Shown here piece by piece: positions 37,548-49,152 of a DNA stretch of 64,000 bases. Source of the stretch: an uncultured Acidiferrobacteraceae bacterium (GTDB lineage: Bacteria; Pseudomonadota; Gammaproteobacteria; Acidiferrobacterales; SZUA-150); assembly GCA_913009895.1 (NCBI GenBank), contig CAJVXY010000013.1, positions 42 to 64,041 of the forward strand. The letters run 5' to 3'. Under the pieces are notes generated by a model. That model saw only the letters and a program-made list of their open reading frames with translations, was not told where the DNA came from and made no database searches. The position numbers and the translations under genes are program-made. Within the stretch, counting starts at the first letter, position 1. Every line of letters starts with the position of its first letter.

Positions 37548-38416
37548 ATCAAAATAAATTATTAGTGATTGCCGGTGTTCTTTTCCTTGTTGTGATGGGC
37601 GTACGATCTAGTCTGTATATTGTCACTGAAACTGAAAGGGCAATTGTTATTCAGTTGGGCCAGGTAGTGCGGGCTGATGATGAGCCTGGTTTGCAATGGA
37701 AGATACCAATCATCCAAAAAGTTATATTTTTTGATTCGCGTATTTTGACCCTTGACGCAGCGCCACAGCGATACCTGACAAAGGAAAAGAAATCGCTAGT
37801 AGTAGATTCGTTCGTGAAATGGCGAATTAGAGACACATTAAAATACTACCTGACAGTAGGTGGCCGAGAATTGCAGGCAAGAGCATTATTGCAACAGTGG
37901 GTCAATAGTGGTCTCCGTGATCAATTTGGTTCGCGGGCACTGCGTGATGTCATTTCCGGTCAACGACAGGAAATTATGGACAGGGTGCGTGAGAGCACAG
38001 ATAAGTCGGCACGAGCACAGGGTATTGAAGTTATTGATGTTCGTTTGCAACGGGTGGACTTGCCACTTGCAGTCAGCCAGTCTGTTTATCAAAGAATGGA
38101 AGCAGAACGTACCAGAATAGCCAAAGACTTGCGTGCGCGTGGTGCAGAAGCAGCGGAAAAACTCACGGCAGAGGCTGAACGCAAAAGTGATATCTTAAAG
38201 GCCGAGGCCTATCGCGACGCAGAAAAAATTCGGGGTAGTGGCGATGCTAAAGCAACTGCAACTTATGCCAGGGCTTACAATAAAAATCCTGAATTTTACC
38301 GGTTTTACAGAAGTTTGAGTGCTTACAATAAAAGCTTTAACAGTAAAAACGATATTCTGATTATTGATCCCAGTTCCGAGTTTTTCAGATATTTAAAAAA
38401 ATCTAGCGGTAAATAA
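37544..38416 (+). CDS. hflC: FtsH protease modulator HflC
   Basis: SPFH domain. 4-nt overlap with hflK. Confidence 0.92.
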   Translation: MNQNKLLVIAGVLFLVVMGVRSSLYIVTETERAIVIQLGQVVRADDEPGLQWKIPIIQKVIFFDSRILTLDAAPQRYLTKEKKSLVVDSFVKWRIRDTLKYYLTVGGRELQARALLQQWVNSGLRDQFGSRALRDVISGQRQEIMDRVRESTDKSARAQGIEVIDVRLQRVDLPLAVSQSVYQRMEAERTRIAKDLRARGAEAAEKLTAEAERKSDILKAEAYRDAEKIRGSGDAKATATYARAYNKNPEFYRFYRSLSAYNKSFNSKNDILIIDPSSEFFRYLKKSSGK

Positions 38417-38434
38417 CATAAGTAATTACTTCTT

Positions 38435-38623
38435 ATGATGTGGCGCGATCTTTTAGTTGCCCTCGCTTTATTACTGGTATTGGAGGGCATACTGCCTTTT
38501 TTAAATCCGGCAGGCATGCGGAGAACGCTGTTAGTAATAAGCGAAATGACTGATAGCCAACTACGATTTGCGGGTCTCACCAGTATGCTTATCGGCACCG
38601 TATTACTCTACGTCATACACTAA
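38435..38623 (+). CDS. DUF2065 (YjeT-like) small membrane protein
   Basis: 62 aa with two hydrophobic helices (LALLLVLEGILPFLNP). Occupies the yjeT position after hflC, as in E. coli. Confidence 0.7.
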   Translation: MMWRDLLVALALLLVLEGILPFLNPAGMRRTLLVISEMTDSQLRFAGLTSMLIGTVLLYVIH

Positions 38624-38629
38624 ACAGTT

Positions 38630-39805
38630 ATGAATAAAAATGATCCATGGTTATTGCCTGACGGCATCGAAGAGGTGTTGCCTGAAAAAGCGCGACGCCT
38701 GGAAAGGTTGCGCAGATCCATCCTGGATTTGTTTGATGCCTGGGGTTATGAACTTGTCATGCCGCCCCTGGCAGAATTTCTCGATTCACTGCTCACCGGT
38801 GTTGGTGAGGATATGGATTTACAAACCTTCAAGGTTACGGATCAAATTAGTGGTCGTATGATGGGCATACGACCGGATATTACCCCCCAGGCCGCTCGCA
38901 TTGATGCCCACTACCTGAAAAAAGAATCGCCAGTCCGTCTTTGTTATGCGGGGCCTGTATTACGAACCCGGCCCGATAAATTTGCCGGATCTCGAGAACC
39001 CTTTCAGCTTGGTGCCGAGTTATTTGGCCATGATGGCCTTGCGAGTGAACTGGAAGTGCTTGAGCTAATGGTAACCATGTTGGGCCGGATTGGTATCGAC
39101 CAGGTACATGTGGAACTTGGTCATGTGGGTATTTTTAGATCATTAGCTGCGGAAGCGAAATTAAATCCGGAACAGGAATCTGCTTTATTTGGTGCCTTAC
39201 AACGTAAAGCCGGACCCGACATGAATAAAATGCTGGATTCATGGGATTTACCTGAAAAACTAAAAAATAATTTGAGTTTAATGGTAGAGCTAAGCGGAGA
39301 CGAGCAAGTACTGGAGATTGCACGCAAGGCTTTTGGTAAGAATAGAGAGATTATGTCCTGCCTTGATAATGTGCAGTCAGTTTATGATGTATTTAAAAAT
39401 AATTCAGGTAAGGATATACCGGTGTTATTTGATCTTGCAGAGCTCAGTGGTTACGGTTATTACACCGGGATTGTCTATTCAGCTTTTATTCCGGGTCACG
39501 GTCGCGCCATCGCCAAGGGTGGTCGTTATGATGGTATTGGCCAGGCCTTTGGCAGAGACAGGCCGGCCACAGGCTTCGGTGCCGACATGCGTGAATTAAT
39601 TAACCTGACTCCAGAGAATGGAGAAAAAAAATCAGCAATCCTTGCGCCAGAGAATGACGATAAATCGCTGAAAGAAAAAATTTACACGCTTCGAAAAAAT
39701 GGCGAGCGTATTGTCATGCAATTGCCTGGTTATAAGTACACTACAGGTGAGATGGGATGCGATAGAGAGTTGGTACAAAAAAATGGCAAGTGGGTTGTTA
39801 AATAA
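38630..39805 (+). CDS. hisZ: ATP phosphoribosyltransferase regulatory subunit
   Basis: 391 aa with a HisRS-like catalytic core and no anticodon domain (LPDGIEEVLP..., MGIRPDITPQAARI, GGRYD). Confidence 0.85.
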   Translation: MNKNDPWLLPDGIEEVLPEKARRLERLRRSILDLFDAWGYELVMPPLAEFLDSLLTGVGEDMDLQTFKVTDQISGRMMGIRPDITPQAARIDAHYLKKESPVRLCYAGPVLRTRPDKFAGSREPFQLGAELFGHDGLASELEVLELMVTMLGRIGIDQVHVELGHVGIFRSLAAEAKLNPEQESALFGALQRKAGPDMNKMLDSWDLPEKLKNNLSLMVELSGDEQVLEIARKAFGKNREIMSCLDNVQSVYDVFKNNSGKDIPVLFDLAELSGYGYYTGIVYSAFIPGHGRAIAKGGRYDGIGQAFGRDRPATGFGADMRELINLTPENGEKKSAILAPENDDKSLKEKIYTLRKNGERIVMQLPGYKYTTGEMGCDRELVQKNGKWVVK

Positions 39806-39832
39806 AAAAAGTAAATTAATCATGCATGATAA

Positions 39833-41140
<1,308 letters not shown>

Positions 41141-41603
41141 GCACAAGTAAATCCTGGGTACTTTTAATGCTGAGCCATCATCACGGTCTGCCCCAAGGTG
41201 ACTTAATACCGTGTGGTTCTGATAGTGCTAATAACTGACGACAGGTTTTTTCATCAAGCTTGATACCGTTAGCCAGGTTGTCCTCGTAATTCACCCACCA
41301 CTTCTCGCCAAGTCACAAAATTATGAGCAGATTATTGCGAAATAAGTACTCTGATTTCGCCTATGATATTTAAAATTACCCGTACTGATTGCAAGGAATC
41401 AAACTCCAGGACGTAATCCTCCAATTCTTAATAAAAGTTTCAACTAACTAAATCAGACAGTATCGCGACGTGCAAACAGTAATAAAGTATGATTGATGCT
41501 GTTAGCGAGCGGTATTCCGGGTTATTTGCACAGTAAGTGTAAACTTTAAAACAGCCAATTAACTGCTAATATGATAGAGATATAAGGGAGTATATCGAGC
41601 AGA

Positions 41604-44600
41604 ATGGAGAAATTACCCTATTTAAGCCTATCTTATGCCGCCCTTATGGGCATTAGCTTCGTTGCTGGCCTGTACTTCCTGTTGCATTTTATCAATGGCT
41701 GGCAGGATCGCTCACCAAAATTACAGTACTTGTTTTTCTCGCTAATGAGTCTCCTCATAATTGGATTTATGGGGGCCGAATTGTCAGCCTATTACACAAA
41801 GGATGCTGCCAGTTACGTTAAGGCGTTTCAATGGCGATCAATATTTGCGTTACTTTTTTTAGCCGTGTGGCCCTGGTTTATTTACAGTTATACAGCAGTC
41901 AGGCCCCGGGTACTGGCGCTTGGCATTAGTTTCTATCTGGTAATACTATTAATCCCCATAATCATACAACCTTATGGCGCATACTTTGATGAGCTGCCAG
42001 TGATAGCCAGCCGTAGTTTTTCATGGGGTGAATCGATCACATTCCATGAAATTAAGAAATTGAATTCTATCGCTTACTTAATCTGGTCAGGAATACTTGC
42101 GATAATTGGCTACACTTTTTTTGCTGCTTACCGTCAATATAAAAAAGGTCAACAACGCCAGGCCATAATGCTGGCATCAGCCATGACAGTATTTGGCGCA
42201 TTTTTCATAGAAAATTTTCTGGTTCGCTCAGGGCTGATAGATTTTATTTTTCTTGCCCCCTTTGGCTTCCCCTCTTTTATCCTGATTATGGGGCTTGCCT
42301 TGCACCATGAGACACGTGCATACATAAAACGCATCACGACCGTATTCAACAACGTTCCCGCTGTAATCTACATGAAAGATCGTGATGGAAAATATTCATT
42401 GATAAACCGAAAATATGAAACACTTTTTAATGTCAAAAGTGATAATGTGATCGGCAAAACAGATTTCGATATCCATGATAAAGCACTGGCCAACAGTTTT
42501 TCTGAAAATGATAAAAAAATATTAACTAAAAAACACCCCGTTGAGTTTGAGGAGAAAGCCAGGCAGGCTGATGGTCTATTACACACATACCATTCCATAA
42601 AATTCCCGCTCATTGATGAGAATGGCGAACCTTATGCGGTCTGTGGAATCTCCACGGACATAACTGACAGCAAACAGAAAGATGTTGCCGTATCCGAAGC
42701 CCAGATGCGCTATCGCAGTCTTGTCGAGTCGACGGCGGCCATACCCTGGGAAATGGATCTGGAAACATGGTGTTTTACCTACGTCGGACAACAAGCTGAA
42801 GAAGTGCTGGGTTATCCCGTTGAACAGTGGTACGAAAAAGACTTTTGGACTGAACACATCTATGAAAAGGACAGGGAGTACGCTGTTAATTTTTGCAAGA
42901 ATGCGTCTTTGCACGGCGAAAATTATGAGTTTGAATACCGGATGAAAACTGCTGATGGGCGAATCGTCTGGCTGCAAGACTTTGTGATGATAATTTATAA
43001 AAACAACAAACCAGCATGTTTACAGGGTTACATGTTCGATATAACCGAGCGTAAACACGAACAGGCAAGCACCCTGCAAAGTGAATCCAAGTTTCGCACC
43101 CTGTTCGAAACAGCCAGTGATGCCATTTTTCTTATAAGAGACGAAAAATTTATTGACTGCAACCCAAGAACACATCAGTTGTTTGGTTGTAAACGCAAAG
43201 ATATTATTGGTAACTCGCCCAGGGTTTTCTCGCCCCCTACCCAGTATGACGGGCGTGATTCAGGGGAGAAGGCAAAGGAGAAAATAACCAAGGCCCTCGA
43301 TGGAAAACCGCAACACTTTGAATGGCTACATGCGCGACTTGACGGCACACTGTTTGATGCTGAAATCAGCCTCAACCGTATTGAACTGGATGGCAAGCCT
43401 TGCCTGCAGGCGATAGTCCGTGACGTGAGCGCACGCCGACGCAGTGAAGCGGCGCTACGGGATATTGCTGCCGGTGTTTCTGGTCAGAGCGGAGATGCCT
43501 TTTTTAAAAACATGGTACTGAGCCTGAGTAAACTATTTGCAGCGAGACATTCATTCATTGGTCTACTGGACGAGGACAACCCAAATATAATAAACACGCT
43601 TGCAGTTAGCACAGACGGCATTATTTTAGAAAATCTAAGCTACCCGCTCGAACAAACGCCCTGTGAACACGTAGTTGGTCAAAAAACTTGCACTTACCCT
43701 CGCAACGTACAGAAACTGTATCCTCAAGATAAGTTGTTACAGGAATTAGGTGCAGAAAGTTATATCGGCACTCCATTATATAATAATATTAATGAACCTA
43801 TTGGACTGGTCGTGATAATGGATAATAAACCGATGGCGGAACTGGACCAGGTAAAACCTATTCTGGAAATATTTGCGTCACGTGCTGGTGCTGAACTCGA
43901 GCGAGTGCAAGCCGAAAAACATATACGTCGCATGGCATTTGAAGATTATTTGACCGGACTCGCAAACCGTGCCGCCTTGCATGAACACATGTCGATTATT
44001 CTTAAACATTCAGCCATAAAGTCCCAATCTGGTGCAATGATATTAATCGACCTGGATCATTTTAAGACAATAAACGACGCCTTGAGTCATGACGTAGGAG
44101 ATCACGTACTTAAAATGGTGGGCCAGCGTTTACAGGATATATGTGATGAACAGGTTTACCTGGCCCGAGTCGGTGGCGATGAATTCGTTGCCATCCTGAA
44201 CAATGAAAAAGATATGTCTCAAGATGAATTTGAAAGGCACACCCGAAAGTTTGCTCAAAATATTGTTACTAAAATAAGCAAACCATTACATCTTGATGAT
44301 CGTATTCTAAGTATTGGCGCCAGCATCGGCATTGTGTCATTTCCAGAGCAGGGGAAAAACGAACTGGATATTATGCGCCGTGCTGATATGGCACTTTACC
44401 GTGCCAAAAACCTGGGACGGGGCAATATACAATTTTATGAGTCGTCACTACAGGAAGTAGTGGACGATCGATTACAGATAGAAAGAGGACTGCGTCATGC
44501 GATCGCAAAAAAAGAGCTGAAATTACATTACCAACCACAATTTAATGTTAGTGGTGAAGTTATTGGAGCAGAAGCACTATTGCGCTGGTCTCATTCAGAG

Positions 44601-45260
44601 CTGGGAGAAATATCAACGGATCGGTTTATCCCCGTAGCAGAAGAAACGGGTCTCATCCATTCCATAGGCGAGTGGGTAATTAATGAGGCGTGCCGTCATT
44701 TACAAGAATGGCAGCAGAAAAAAATATTATTTAATGGTCATCTTGCTATTAATGTCAGTGCCTGGCAATTTTCCAACCCGGAATTTGTTACAGAAATAAT
44801 TAACTCGATAGCAGAATATAATCTGCAGCCACAACAAATTGTACTTGAGTTGACTGAAACGGCATTACTTCATGACTTAGAAGAAACAAAAAGCAAGTTA
44901 GTTAAATTACGCAGCATAGGTATTAAAATTGCGCTGGATGATTTCGGCACTGGATATTCCTCCCTCGCTTATCTAAAAGATATGACAATGGATATCTTGA
45001 AGATTGACCAGGCCTTTATCAGTGAATTGTCTACCAATAATACACACCCTCTGGTCGAAACCATTATTTCTATGGGTCAGCACATGAATCTTGAAGTGGT
45101 TGCAGAAGGTGTAGAGACCGAAGAACAGAGAAATATTCTGATCAACCTGGGCTGTGAATCATTTCAGGGATTTTTGCTGTGTCATCCATTGCCCGAAATT
45201 GATTTCATTAACTGGCTGCAGAAAAATCCCCAGACCCATAAGCAACGACAACATGCGTAA
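41604..45260 (+). CDS. membrane-anchored multidomain c-di-GMP signalling protein (polytopic N-term, 3x PAS, GAF, GGDEF, EAL)
   Basis: 1218 aa with about 7 N-terminal TM helices, repeated PAS modules and a GAF region. Intact GGDEF (RVGGDEFVAI). EAL domain with EALLRW and DDFGTGYSSL. Confidence 0.9.
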   Translation: MEKLPYLSLSYAALMGISFVAGLYFLLHFINGWQDRSPKLQYLFFSLMSLLIIGFMGAELSAYYTKDAASYVKAFQWRSIFALLFLAVWPWFIYSYTAVRPRVLALGISFYLVILLIPIIIQPYGAYFDELPVIASRSFSWGESITFHEIKKLNSIAYLIWSGILAIIGYTFFAAYRQYKKGQQRQAIMLASAMTVFGAFFIENFLVRSGLIDFIFLAPFGFPSFILIMGLALHHETRAYIKRITTVFNNVPAVIYMKDRDGKYSLINRKYETLFNVKSDNVIGKTDFDIHDKALANSFSENDKKILTKKHPVEFEEKARQADGLLHTYHSIKFPLIDENGEPYAVCGISTDITDSKQKDVAVSEAQMRYRSLVESTAAIPWEMDLETWCFTYVGQQAEEVLGYPVEQWYEKDFWTEHIYEKDREYAVNFCKNASLHGENYEFEYRMKTADGRIVWLQDFVMIIYKNNKPACLQGYMFDITERKHEQASTLQSESKFRTLFETASDAIFLIRDEKFIDCNPRTHQLFGCKRKDIIGNSPRVFSPPTQYDGRDSGEKAKEKITKALDGKPQHFEWLHARLDGTLFDAEISLNRIELDGKPCLQAIVRDVSARRRSEAALRDIAAGVSGQSGDAFFKNMVLSLSKLFAARHSFIGLLDEDNPNIINTLAVSTDGIILENLSYPLEQTPCEHVVGQKTCTYPRNVQKLYPQDKLLQELGAESYIGTPLYNNINEPIGLVVIMDNKPMAELDQVKPILEIFASRAGAELERVQAEKHIRRMAFEDYLTGLANRAALHEHMSIILKHSAIKSQSGAMILIDLDHFKTINDALSHDVGDHVLKMVGQRLQDICDEQVYLARVGGDEFVAILNNEKDMSQDEFERHTRKFAQNIVTKISKPLHLDDRILSIGASIGIVSFPEQGKNELDIMRRADMALYRAKNLGRGNIQFYESSLQEVVDDRLQIERGLRHAIAKKELKLHYQPQFNVSGEVIGAEALLRWSHSELGEISTDRFIPVAEETGLIHSIGEWVINEACRHLQEWQQKKILFNGHLAINVSAWQFSNPEFVTEIINSIAEYNLQPQQIVLELTETALLHDLEETKSKLVKLRSIGIKIALDDFGTGYSSLAYLKDMTMDILKIDQAFISELSTNNTHPLVETIISMGQHMNLEVVAEGVETEEQRNILINLGCESFQGFLLCHPLPEIDFINWLQKNPQTHKQRQHA

Positions 45261-45644
45261 CCTGAATTTCTTCAAATACATTATCCTGAGAAAACGAATC
45301 ATCCGACGAACAATTTACCGGCCTGGCAGGACAATCATGTGATTTTGTGCTGACTGTATGATTCCGGGAAGAAATTTGAGATAATACCGCAACGACAAGT
45401 ATGTTTAAGGGTGTTGACTTGAGTCATTTAACGGGTTTTTAGCTGTATCGAGCTATCACAAAACACTTGCCAGACTTTCTCCGGTAATCTTTCCTGGACA
45501 TCCTTTCTTGTCTTGATAATGGCTGTTTTTGATCATGCTGTCTGTAGCCTGGGCACCAGATATCAAAAAATGTATCCAGAACTATAACAAGAAAATAGCA
45601 AGTAAATTAAGATATAAAAGACGTATAAATTCTAATAATAAATT

Positions 45645-45731
45645 TGGTACCGAGAAGAGGACTTGAACCTCCACGGGGTTACCCCCACTAGCACCTGAAG
45701 CTAGCGCGTCTACCAATTCCGCCACCTCGGC
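45645..45731 (-). tRNA. tRNA-Leu (anticodon CAG), class II with long variable arm, encoded CCA
   Basis: The reverse complement GCCGAGGTGGCGGAATTGGTAGACGCGCTAGCTTCAGGTGCTAGTGGGGGTAACCCCGTGGAGGTTCAAGTCCTCTTCTCGGTACCA folds into a cloverleaf. It has anticodon loop TTCAGGT, a TTCAAGT T-loop and a 15-nt variable arm. The acceptor stem has G1-U72 and G7-U66 wobble pairs. Confidence 0.85.
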
Positions 45732-45771
45732 ATAAGATGCAGGCCGCGGACTCTACCGAGACACAAAAACC

Positions 45772-48114
45772 ATGTCAACGCGAAAAAAATATAAAGACCC
45801 AAAGGCAGTACGAGAAGCCCAAAAATATGCCCAACCGGTTCCCAGTCGGGAAGCAGTGATTGAGGTATTAAGTGATCGAGATGAGCCAATCAGTAGCGAA
45901 GAACTACTGTCCGCACTGGGCGTATCGTCGGAAAATGACATTGAGTCCATGTCCAGGCGTTTGCGGGCAATGGAGCGCGATGGCCAGATTCTAAAAAATC
46001 GCCGTGGCCGATATGGCCTTGTCAGCAGGATGGATATGATTAGTGGCACCATAACCGGCCATGCAGATGGTTTTGGATTCCTGATCCCGGATGAGGGCGG
46101 GGAGGATCTTTTTTTATCACCCAAACAAATGCGCAAGGTTTTTCATGGCGATCGCGTTATCGGTATCGTCACAGGCATCGATAAAAGAGGGCGGCGCGAA
46201 GGCAATATTGTTGAAATTTTGGAACGTCGCCATCAATTTATTGTTGGTAAATATATTTCTGAGGCCAACGTAGGGTTCGTCATTCCAGATGACAAGCGCC
46301 TGAGTCAGGACATTATTATCCCGCCCGGCAAAGCGGGTGCGGCCCGCCCGGATCAAATCGTCAATGCCAAAATAACAAAACAACCAGATGTTCGTTCGCA
46401 AGCTGTTGGTGAAATTGTTGAAGTGCTCGGTGATCAAATGGCGCCCGGCATGGAAATCGAAATGGCGGTTCGCAAGTATGAGCTGCCATTTTCATGGCCA
46501 GCATCTGCTGATCAAGAAGCCAGTCAGTTTTCAGAAAATGTTCCTGATAGTGCCAAGACAGGCAGAATCGATCTGACCAGTTTACCACTTGTCACCATAG
46601 ATGGTGAAGATGCCAGGGATTTTGATGACGCAGTCTTTTGCGAAAAAGATGGCAAAGACTGGCGCCTGCTGGTTGCGATTGCAGATGTGTCCAGTTATGT
46701 AAAACGCGGCAGCCAGCTGGACAAGGAGGCGTATAATCGTGGCACGTCTGTGTATTTTCCCAATCGTGTCATACCCATGTTGCCTGAAGTTTTATCGAAT
46801 GGTTTATGCTCATTAAAACCGGATGTCGATCGGTTATCCATGGTCTGCGAAATTAACATCAACGCCGCAGGCAAGATTAAAAATTATAAATTTTTTGAAG
46901 CAGTGATACGCAGCCATGCCCGTTTAACCTATAACGAGGTTGCAGCCATGCTGGTGGATGGTGATGTTAACTTACGCAAAAAATACAACCGGCTAGTGCC
47001 TGATCTGGAAAATTTATTTAGTTTATACAAAATATTATTCAAGGCACGATTCAAGCGTGGTGCCATTGACTTCGATTTACCCGAGACACGGATCATTTAT
47101 GATGACAGCGGGCGAATTAGTGAAATTGCCGCAACAGAACGTAACCACGCCCATCGACTGATAGAAGAATGCATGTTGCTGGCAAATATTTGTGCAGCAG
47201 ACTGCCTGGAAAACGCCAGCATGCCCGCACCCTACCGGGTCCATGCCGGGCCGACCGCTGATAAACTATCGGCATTACGTGAATTCCTGTTTGAATTAGG
47301 CCTGTCTCTGGCAGGTGGCGAAAAACCGCAAGCACAGGATTATGCGCGGGTGCTGGATAAAGTAAAAGGCAAGCCAGAGGCAAGGCTGGTACAGACCGTC
47401 ATGTTGCGCAGTTTAAGCCAGGCGATTTACAGCCCGGAAAATATCGGACATTTCGGGCTTGCTTTTACCCATTATGCCCATTTTACTTCACCTATCAGGC
47501 GTTACCCTGATTTAATGGTGCACCGCCGTTTAAAAGAAATAGTAAATAATAAAAAGAAAAAAATCGACAAGAGTGAGCACCGCGATCGTATGGAGCGTGT
47601 CATTATCAGGTCCGAGCATTGTTCAATGGCAGAACGACGGGCTGATGAAGCAACCAGGGATGTTGTGCGTTGGCTAAAAACCGAATACATGATGGACAAG
47701 GTTGGCGAGGAATACGAAGGCATTGTATCAGGTGTCACCAATTTCGGATTGTTTGTTGAATTGAAGGATGTATATGTTGAAGGACTGGTGCATATCACGT
47801 CATTGGGTAATGATTACTACCACTTTGATCCGGTAAAACATCGACTAACAGGCGAACGTACCGGGCAGACATTTAGTTTAGGTGACGTGATCACCGTACA
47901 GGTAGTAAGGGTCGATCTGGACGAAGCGCGTATCGATTTTGAGTTAAAAGGTGTCCAGAAAAAAAATAGTAAAAGCGGAAAAAATGTTCGTCGGGAAAAG
48001 CGCTCAGCACCGAAACATGAAAATAAAGGAAAAAACAGGAAAGGCAAAACGAATAAAAAGAAAAGTAAAAAACGAACCGGAAAAAAAACTGGCAATAAAC
48101 GTAGTCGCCATTAG
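45772..48114 (+). CDS. rnr: ribonuclease R
   Basis: 780 aa with an RNB catalytic domain (DGEDARDFDDAV), an S1 domain (GIVSGVTNFGLFVEL) and a Lys-rich C-terminal tail. Confidence 0.93.
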   Translation: MSTRKKYKDPKAVREAQKYAQPVPSREAVIEVLSDRDEPISSEELLSALGVSSENDIESMSRRLRAMERDGQILKNRRGRYGLVSRMDMISGTITGHADGFGFLIPDEGGEDLFLSPKQMRKVFHGDRVIGIVTGIDKRGRREGNIVEILERRHQFIVGKYISEANVGFVIPDDKRLSQDIIIPPGKAGAARPDQIVNAKITKQPDVRSQAVGEIVEVLGDQMAPGMEIEMAVRKYELPFSWPASADQEASQFSENVPDSAKTGRIDLTSLPLVTIDGEDARDFDDAVFCEKDGKDWRLLVAIADVSSYVKRGSQLDKEAYNRGTSVYFPNRVIPMLPEVLSNGLCSLKPDVDRLSMVCEININAAGKIKNYKFFEAVIRSHARLTYNEVAAMLVDGDVNLRKKYNRLVPDLENLFSLYKILFKARFKRGAIDFDLPETRIIYDDSGRISEIAATERNHAHRLIEECMLLANICAADCLENASMPAPYRVHAGPTADKLSALREFLFELGLSLAGGEKPQAQDYARVLDKVKGKPEARLVQTVMLRSLSQAIYSPENIGHFGLAFTHYAHFTSPIRRYPDLMVHRRLKEIVNNKKKKIDKSEHRDRMERVIIRSEHCSMAERRADEATRDVVRWLKTEYMMDKVGEEYEGIVSGVTNFGLFVELKDVYVEGLVHITSLGNDYYHFDPVKHRLTGERTGQTFSLGDVITVQVVRVDLDEARIDFELKGVQKKNSKSGKNVRREKRSAPKHENKGKNRKGKTNKKKSKKRTGKKTGNKRSRH

Positions 48115-48157
48115 TCATTCAGATAACAAATCAGATTATAAGTAAAATATTCTACCC

Positions 48158-48919
48158 ATGGCACTAGAGAAAATATTTGGTATCCATACAGTACTTGCTG
48201 CCATTAAAAAAAATTCCAGCTCAGTAGATCAAATCTGGCTGCAAAAGGGCCAGAAAAATAAAAAACACCAGGATATAATCAAAGCATCGGAATTGGCAGG
48301 CATTCGGTCAAACTGGGTGGCCAGGTTTGAACTGGACAAAATGGTTGGTCGGGATGTTATCCATCAAGGCGTGGTGGCTAGCATTCACGGCTTGCCGGTA
48401 GGCACAGACAATGACTTGTTGGCGCGCCTGGAGCAATTGGTGGATATACCACTTTTGCTGGTACTTGACGGTGTTTTGGATCCACATAATTTAGGTGCCT
48501 GTTTACGGACCGCCGATGCGGCCGGCGTCCACGGGGTAATATTGCCCAAAAGCAGGGGTGTACCGGTCAATGCCACTGTCCGCAAAGTAGCCTCAGGCGC
48601 CGCTGAAAATGTCGCAATATTTGAGGTTAGCAATCTTGCCCGTACGTTAAACCAGCTAAAACAAAAAGGGGTATGGATTATTGGTACTACCGATAAAGCT
48701 GATTCGACGCTCTATGACACGGATTTAAGCGGCCCCATTGCCATAATCATGGGCAGCGAGGATAAGGGTTTGCGGCGTTTGACGGGGGCTGAATGTGATC
48801 ATCTGGTCCGTATTCCCATGGCAGGAAGTGTCGCAAGTTTGAACGTTTCAGTGGCCACGGCCGTCTGTCTCTATGAAGCAAACAGGCAACGAAGTGTGGT
48901 TAAAAAGAGCCGGCAATAA
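48158..48919 (+). CDS. rlmB: 23S rRNA (guanosine-2'-O)-methyltransferase RlmB (SpoU/TrmH family)
   Basis: SpoU motifs LDGVLDPHNLGACLRTA, IIMGSEDKGLR and IPMAGSVASLNVSVA. Conserved position after rnr. Confidence 0.88.
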   Translation: MALEKIFGIHTVLAAIKKNSSSVDQIWLQKGQKNKKHQDIIKASELAGIRSNWVARFELDKMVGRDVIHQGVVASIHGLPVGTDNDLLARLEQLVDIPLLLVLDGVLDPHNLGACLRTADAAGVHGVILPKSRGVPVNATVRKVASGAAENVAIFEVSNLARTLNQLKQKGVWIIGTTDKADSTLYDTDLSGPIAIIMGSEDKGLRRLTGAECDHLVRIPMAGSVASLNVSVATAVCLYEANRQRSVVKKSRQ

Positions 48920-49016
48920 TTCTATATTAATGTAATTTCTATATAACATTTGTAACTAGTTGTAATATATACAAAATAATTGGTTTATAAACAGCAAATT
49001 ATTTCAATCAAGCGAC

Positions 49017-49045
49017 TTGGTTTGTCCCTTAACCTGTATTAGAAT
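49017..49045 (+). promoter_or_regulatory. putative sigma70 promoter of the rpsF operon
   Basis: TTGGTT (49017-49022), a 17-nt spacer, then TAGAAT (49040-49045). Sits about 110 nt upstream of the rpsF ATG. Confidence 0.35.
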
Positions 49046-49152
49046 GCGCCCCTGTTAAATCACACAGACACAGGAAATTCCTGTGACTCCTTGCCTCACC
49101 GAAGTGGTTTGTTTCATTTGCGGGAGGCGTAATCCTGAAGGAGCATATAACT

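Noticed and set aside
41161-41310. Short reading frames in the purA-sensor spacer. One is a 23-codon plus-strand ORF (MLSHHHGLPQGD...). The other is a minus-strand stretch translating to GEKWWVNYEDNLANGIKLDEKTCRQLLALSEPHGIKSPWGRP.
   Set aside because: They are too short, lack a convincing start or RBS, and I cannot match them to any family. The minus-strand stretch could be a gene relic, but this is unsupported without a database search.
45645-45771. The tRNA-Leu 5' end lies only 40 nt from the divergent rnr start codon, suggesting overlapping promoters.
   Set aside because: I could not identify convincing -10 or -35 boxes for either gene in the 40-nt gap. This is noted only as tight packing.
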